64,000 bases of DNA from the human T2T-CHM13v2.0 reference genome, Homo sapiens. Below the pieces are notes generated by a model, which was given only the letters and a program-made list of their open reading frames with translations, ran no database searches and had not been told where the DNA came from. How positions within the stretch are numbered: position 1 is the first letter of the stretch; each line of letters opens with the position of its first letter. The translations under genes and the position numbers were made by a program. Location: assembly GCF_009914755.1 (NCBI RefSeq), contig NC_060930.1, one strand, 5' to 3'. Shown here piece by piece: positions 61,801 to 64,000 of the stretch.

Positions 61801-62837
61801 CAACAAAAAGTAACTGTTCTCTAGAACTCTTACCTGAAGTCTCTGGTGCCTGGCAGGGATTCAGAAAAGACACTCTGATTCAACCTTAAGTGACTGCCAA
61901 GCATTAAGTCCTGTGAGGTTTCCCTCGTGCAACAGATATTGTCTTGTAGACGTTGATGCTCCGGGAGTGCTCCTTGAGTGCCATTGTCTCCAAACTACCT
62001 TGCTAATGGGGAAGAGACATTTTAGACTCTGAGGTCTGTACTTACTCAGGTCACACCCTTTGCCCTGCCTATATGCCCAGGTAGGTGGCCAAGCCCTGGG
62101 TTCCCCCAAATATTAGGAACAGTGACATTGAGAACAAGCGATGTTCTATGAGCCCTTAGTATGTGTCTGGCTCAGTCATACCATAGGCCTATTAAATCAC
62201 TTAAGCCTCAGAACACCCCGCGAGGCCATGAAAATTAAGCCATTTTAAACACAGCAAGTTTAAACAATAATTCGGTGGTGTCTCTACTTTCAAAATAGTT
62301 TATTAGGGATCTTAATGAAGGCCATGGATCCTCTTAGCTAAACAAATAAACTAAATTTCTTTTGAATTACAATGTCAACAAAAGAAAACTTTGAAATTGT
62401 CTGATCGTCCTTCCCTTCTGAGGATAAAGACTGGCAATTATCCATGGCCCCTGCTATTTTTGCTAACTCCTGCTATGTTTAACATCAATAGAGCCAAATT
62501 TTAGATCACTGGTTTTGGTAAATAGCTCATAGTGAGACTAATGTTTACTCAGCAGACAGTGGGTTCCTATTGCTTCAAATTGGTTTTGCGCTGGGGAAGA
62601 TGGAGAGGGACATATGGAAGGACCCAATATTACAGTGAATCGGGGTGAACCTGCCAGAGAGAAGCCTCCTGTATGTCTCAGCTACAGGGAGAGAAGGAGG
62701 CCAGGAGACCCTGCCAGGCTGACCAGCCTCCCTCAGCCCCTTACTGCTACAGAGCAGCGGTGTCTACCATTGATCTGGAAGATGCACAGTGAGGCATGCA
62801 GAAGCCTCATTCTGGAGCAGCCACAGACTGAGGAAGT

Positions 62838-63018
62838 CACTAATTCCCAAAATGTGTCCCCAGGACCAGTAACATCAACCATCTGCGAACTTGCTAGAAA
62901 TCCTCAGGCCCCACTCCAGCCCCACCAAATCAGAGACCTGGGTCTAGGACCCAGCAGTCTGTGTCTTAGCAAGCCTCTGGGGGGACTCCCATGCTAGCCA
63001 AGGTGTGAGAACCCCAGG
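62838..63018. mobile_element. MER5A hAT relic
   Basis: ggaccagtaacatcaacc...gaacttgctagaaatc...ggacccagcagtctgtgt...caagcc...tgagaacc. Confidence 0.75.
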
Positions 63019-63174
63019 GCTAAAGAACCTGGGGTGATCCTCTTTCCAGGCTTCAGAGTCTATGAAAGGAAAGATTTTGGTTAAACATATTTACCTCGGG
63101 CCCCCCTTCACCCCCAAGTCACGTATTCGAGATTCTCTAATTCTGTACATCTGTGATATAAACACACATATCTG

Positions 63175-63870
<696 letters not shown>

Positions 63871-63951
63871 ATGTATTGATAGGAAGGCCCTACATTGGGT
63901 TATATCTGTAGATGACCTGGAAGCTGGATTTGTAAAGAATAAGCAGTAATT

Positions 63952-63954
<3 letters not shown>

Positions 63955-64000
<46 letters not shown>
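63955..64000. repeat. (TA)n microsatellite running off the window end
   Basis: At least 23 uninterrupted units. Confidence 0.95.

Noticed and set aside
62614-62997. 127 aa ORF containing MHSEA, reminiscent of a TNFAIP8 N-terminus
   Set aside because: Only five residues match, the rest diverges and the ORF runs into MER5A; coincidence.

Overview
Primate (most likely human) non-coding genomic DNA. I can support no protein-coding gene, tRNA, rRNA or CRISPR array, and I do not recognise the locus. The supplied ORFs are Alu, L1 or chance ORFs. The window holds about 25 Alu elements (J, S and Y types plus one free left monomer), L1PA/L1PB/L1MA/L1MB/L1MC/L1ME fragments, L2, MIR, MLT1 LTRs, DNA-transposon relics (MER44, MER96B, Tigger4, MER5A) and microsatellites. 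Repeat subfamily calls are by eye. The most interesting non-repeat signals: (1) a repeat-poor regulatory-looking block (~44.2-49.5 kb) containing a ~180 bp motif-dense module duplicated 1.4 kb apart, followed by a promoter/first-exon-like segment; (2) a 273 bp local templated insertion with a 7 bp flanking duplication and filler; (3) a pre-miRNA-sized hairpin with a perfect 15 bp stem; (4) an Alu-in-Alu insertion with deletion of the host, and a head-to-head Alu pair 43 bp apart; (5) plus-strand splice-site-bounded candidate lncRNA exons in the first 27 kb; (6) a CTCF motif and a triple AGGTCA DR2 array. All functional roles are inferences that need testing.
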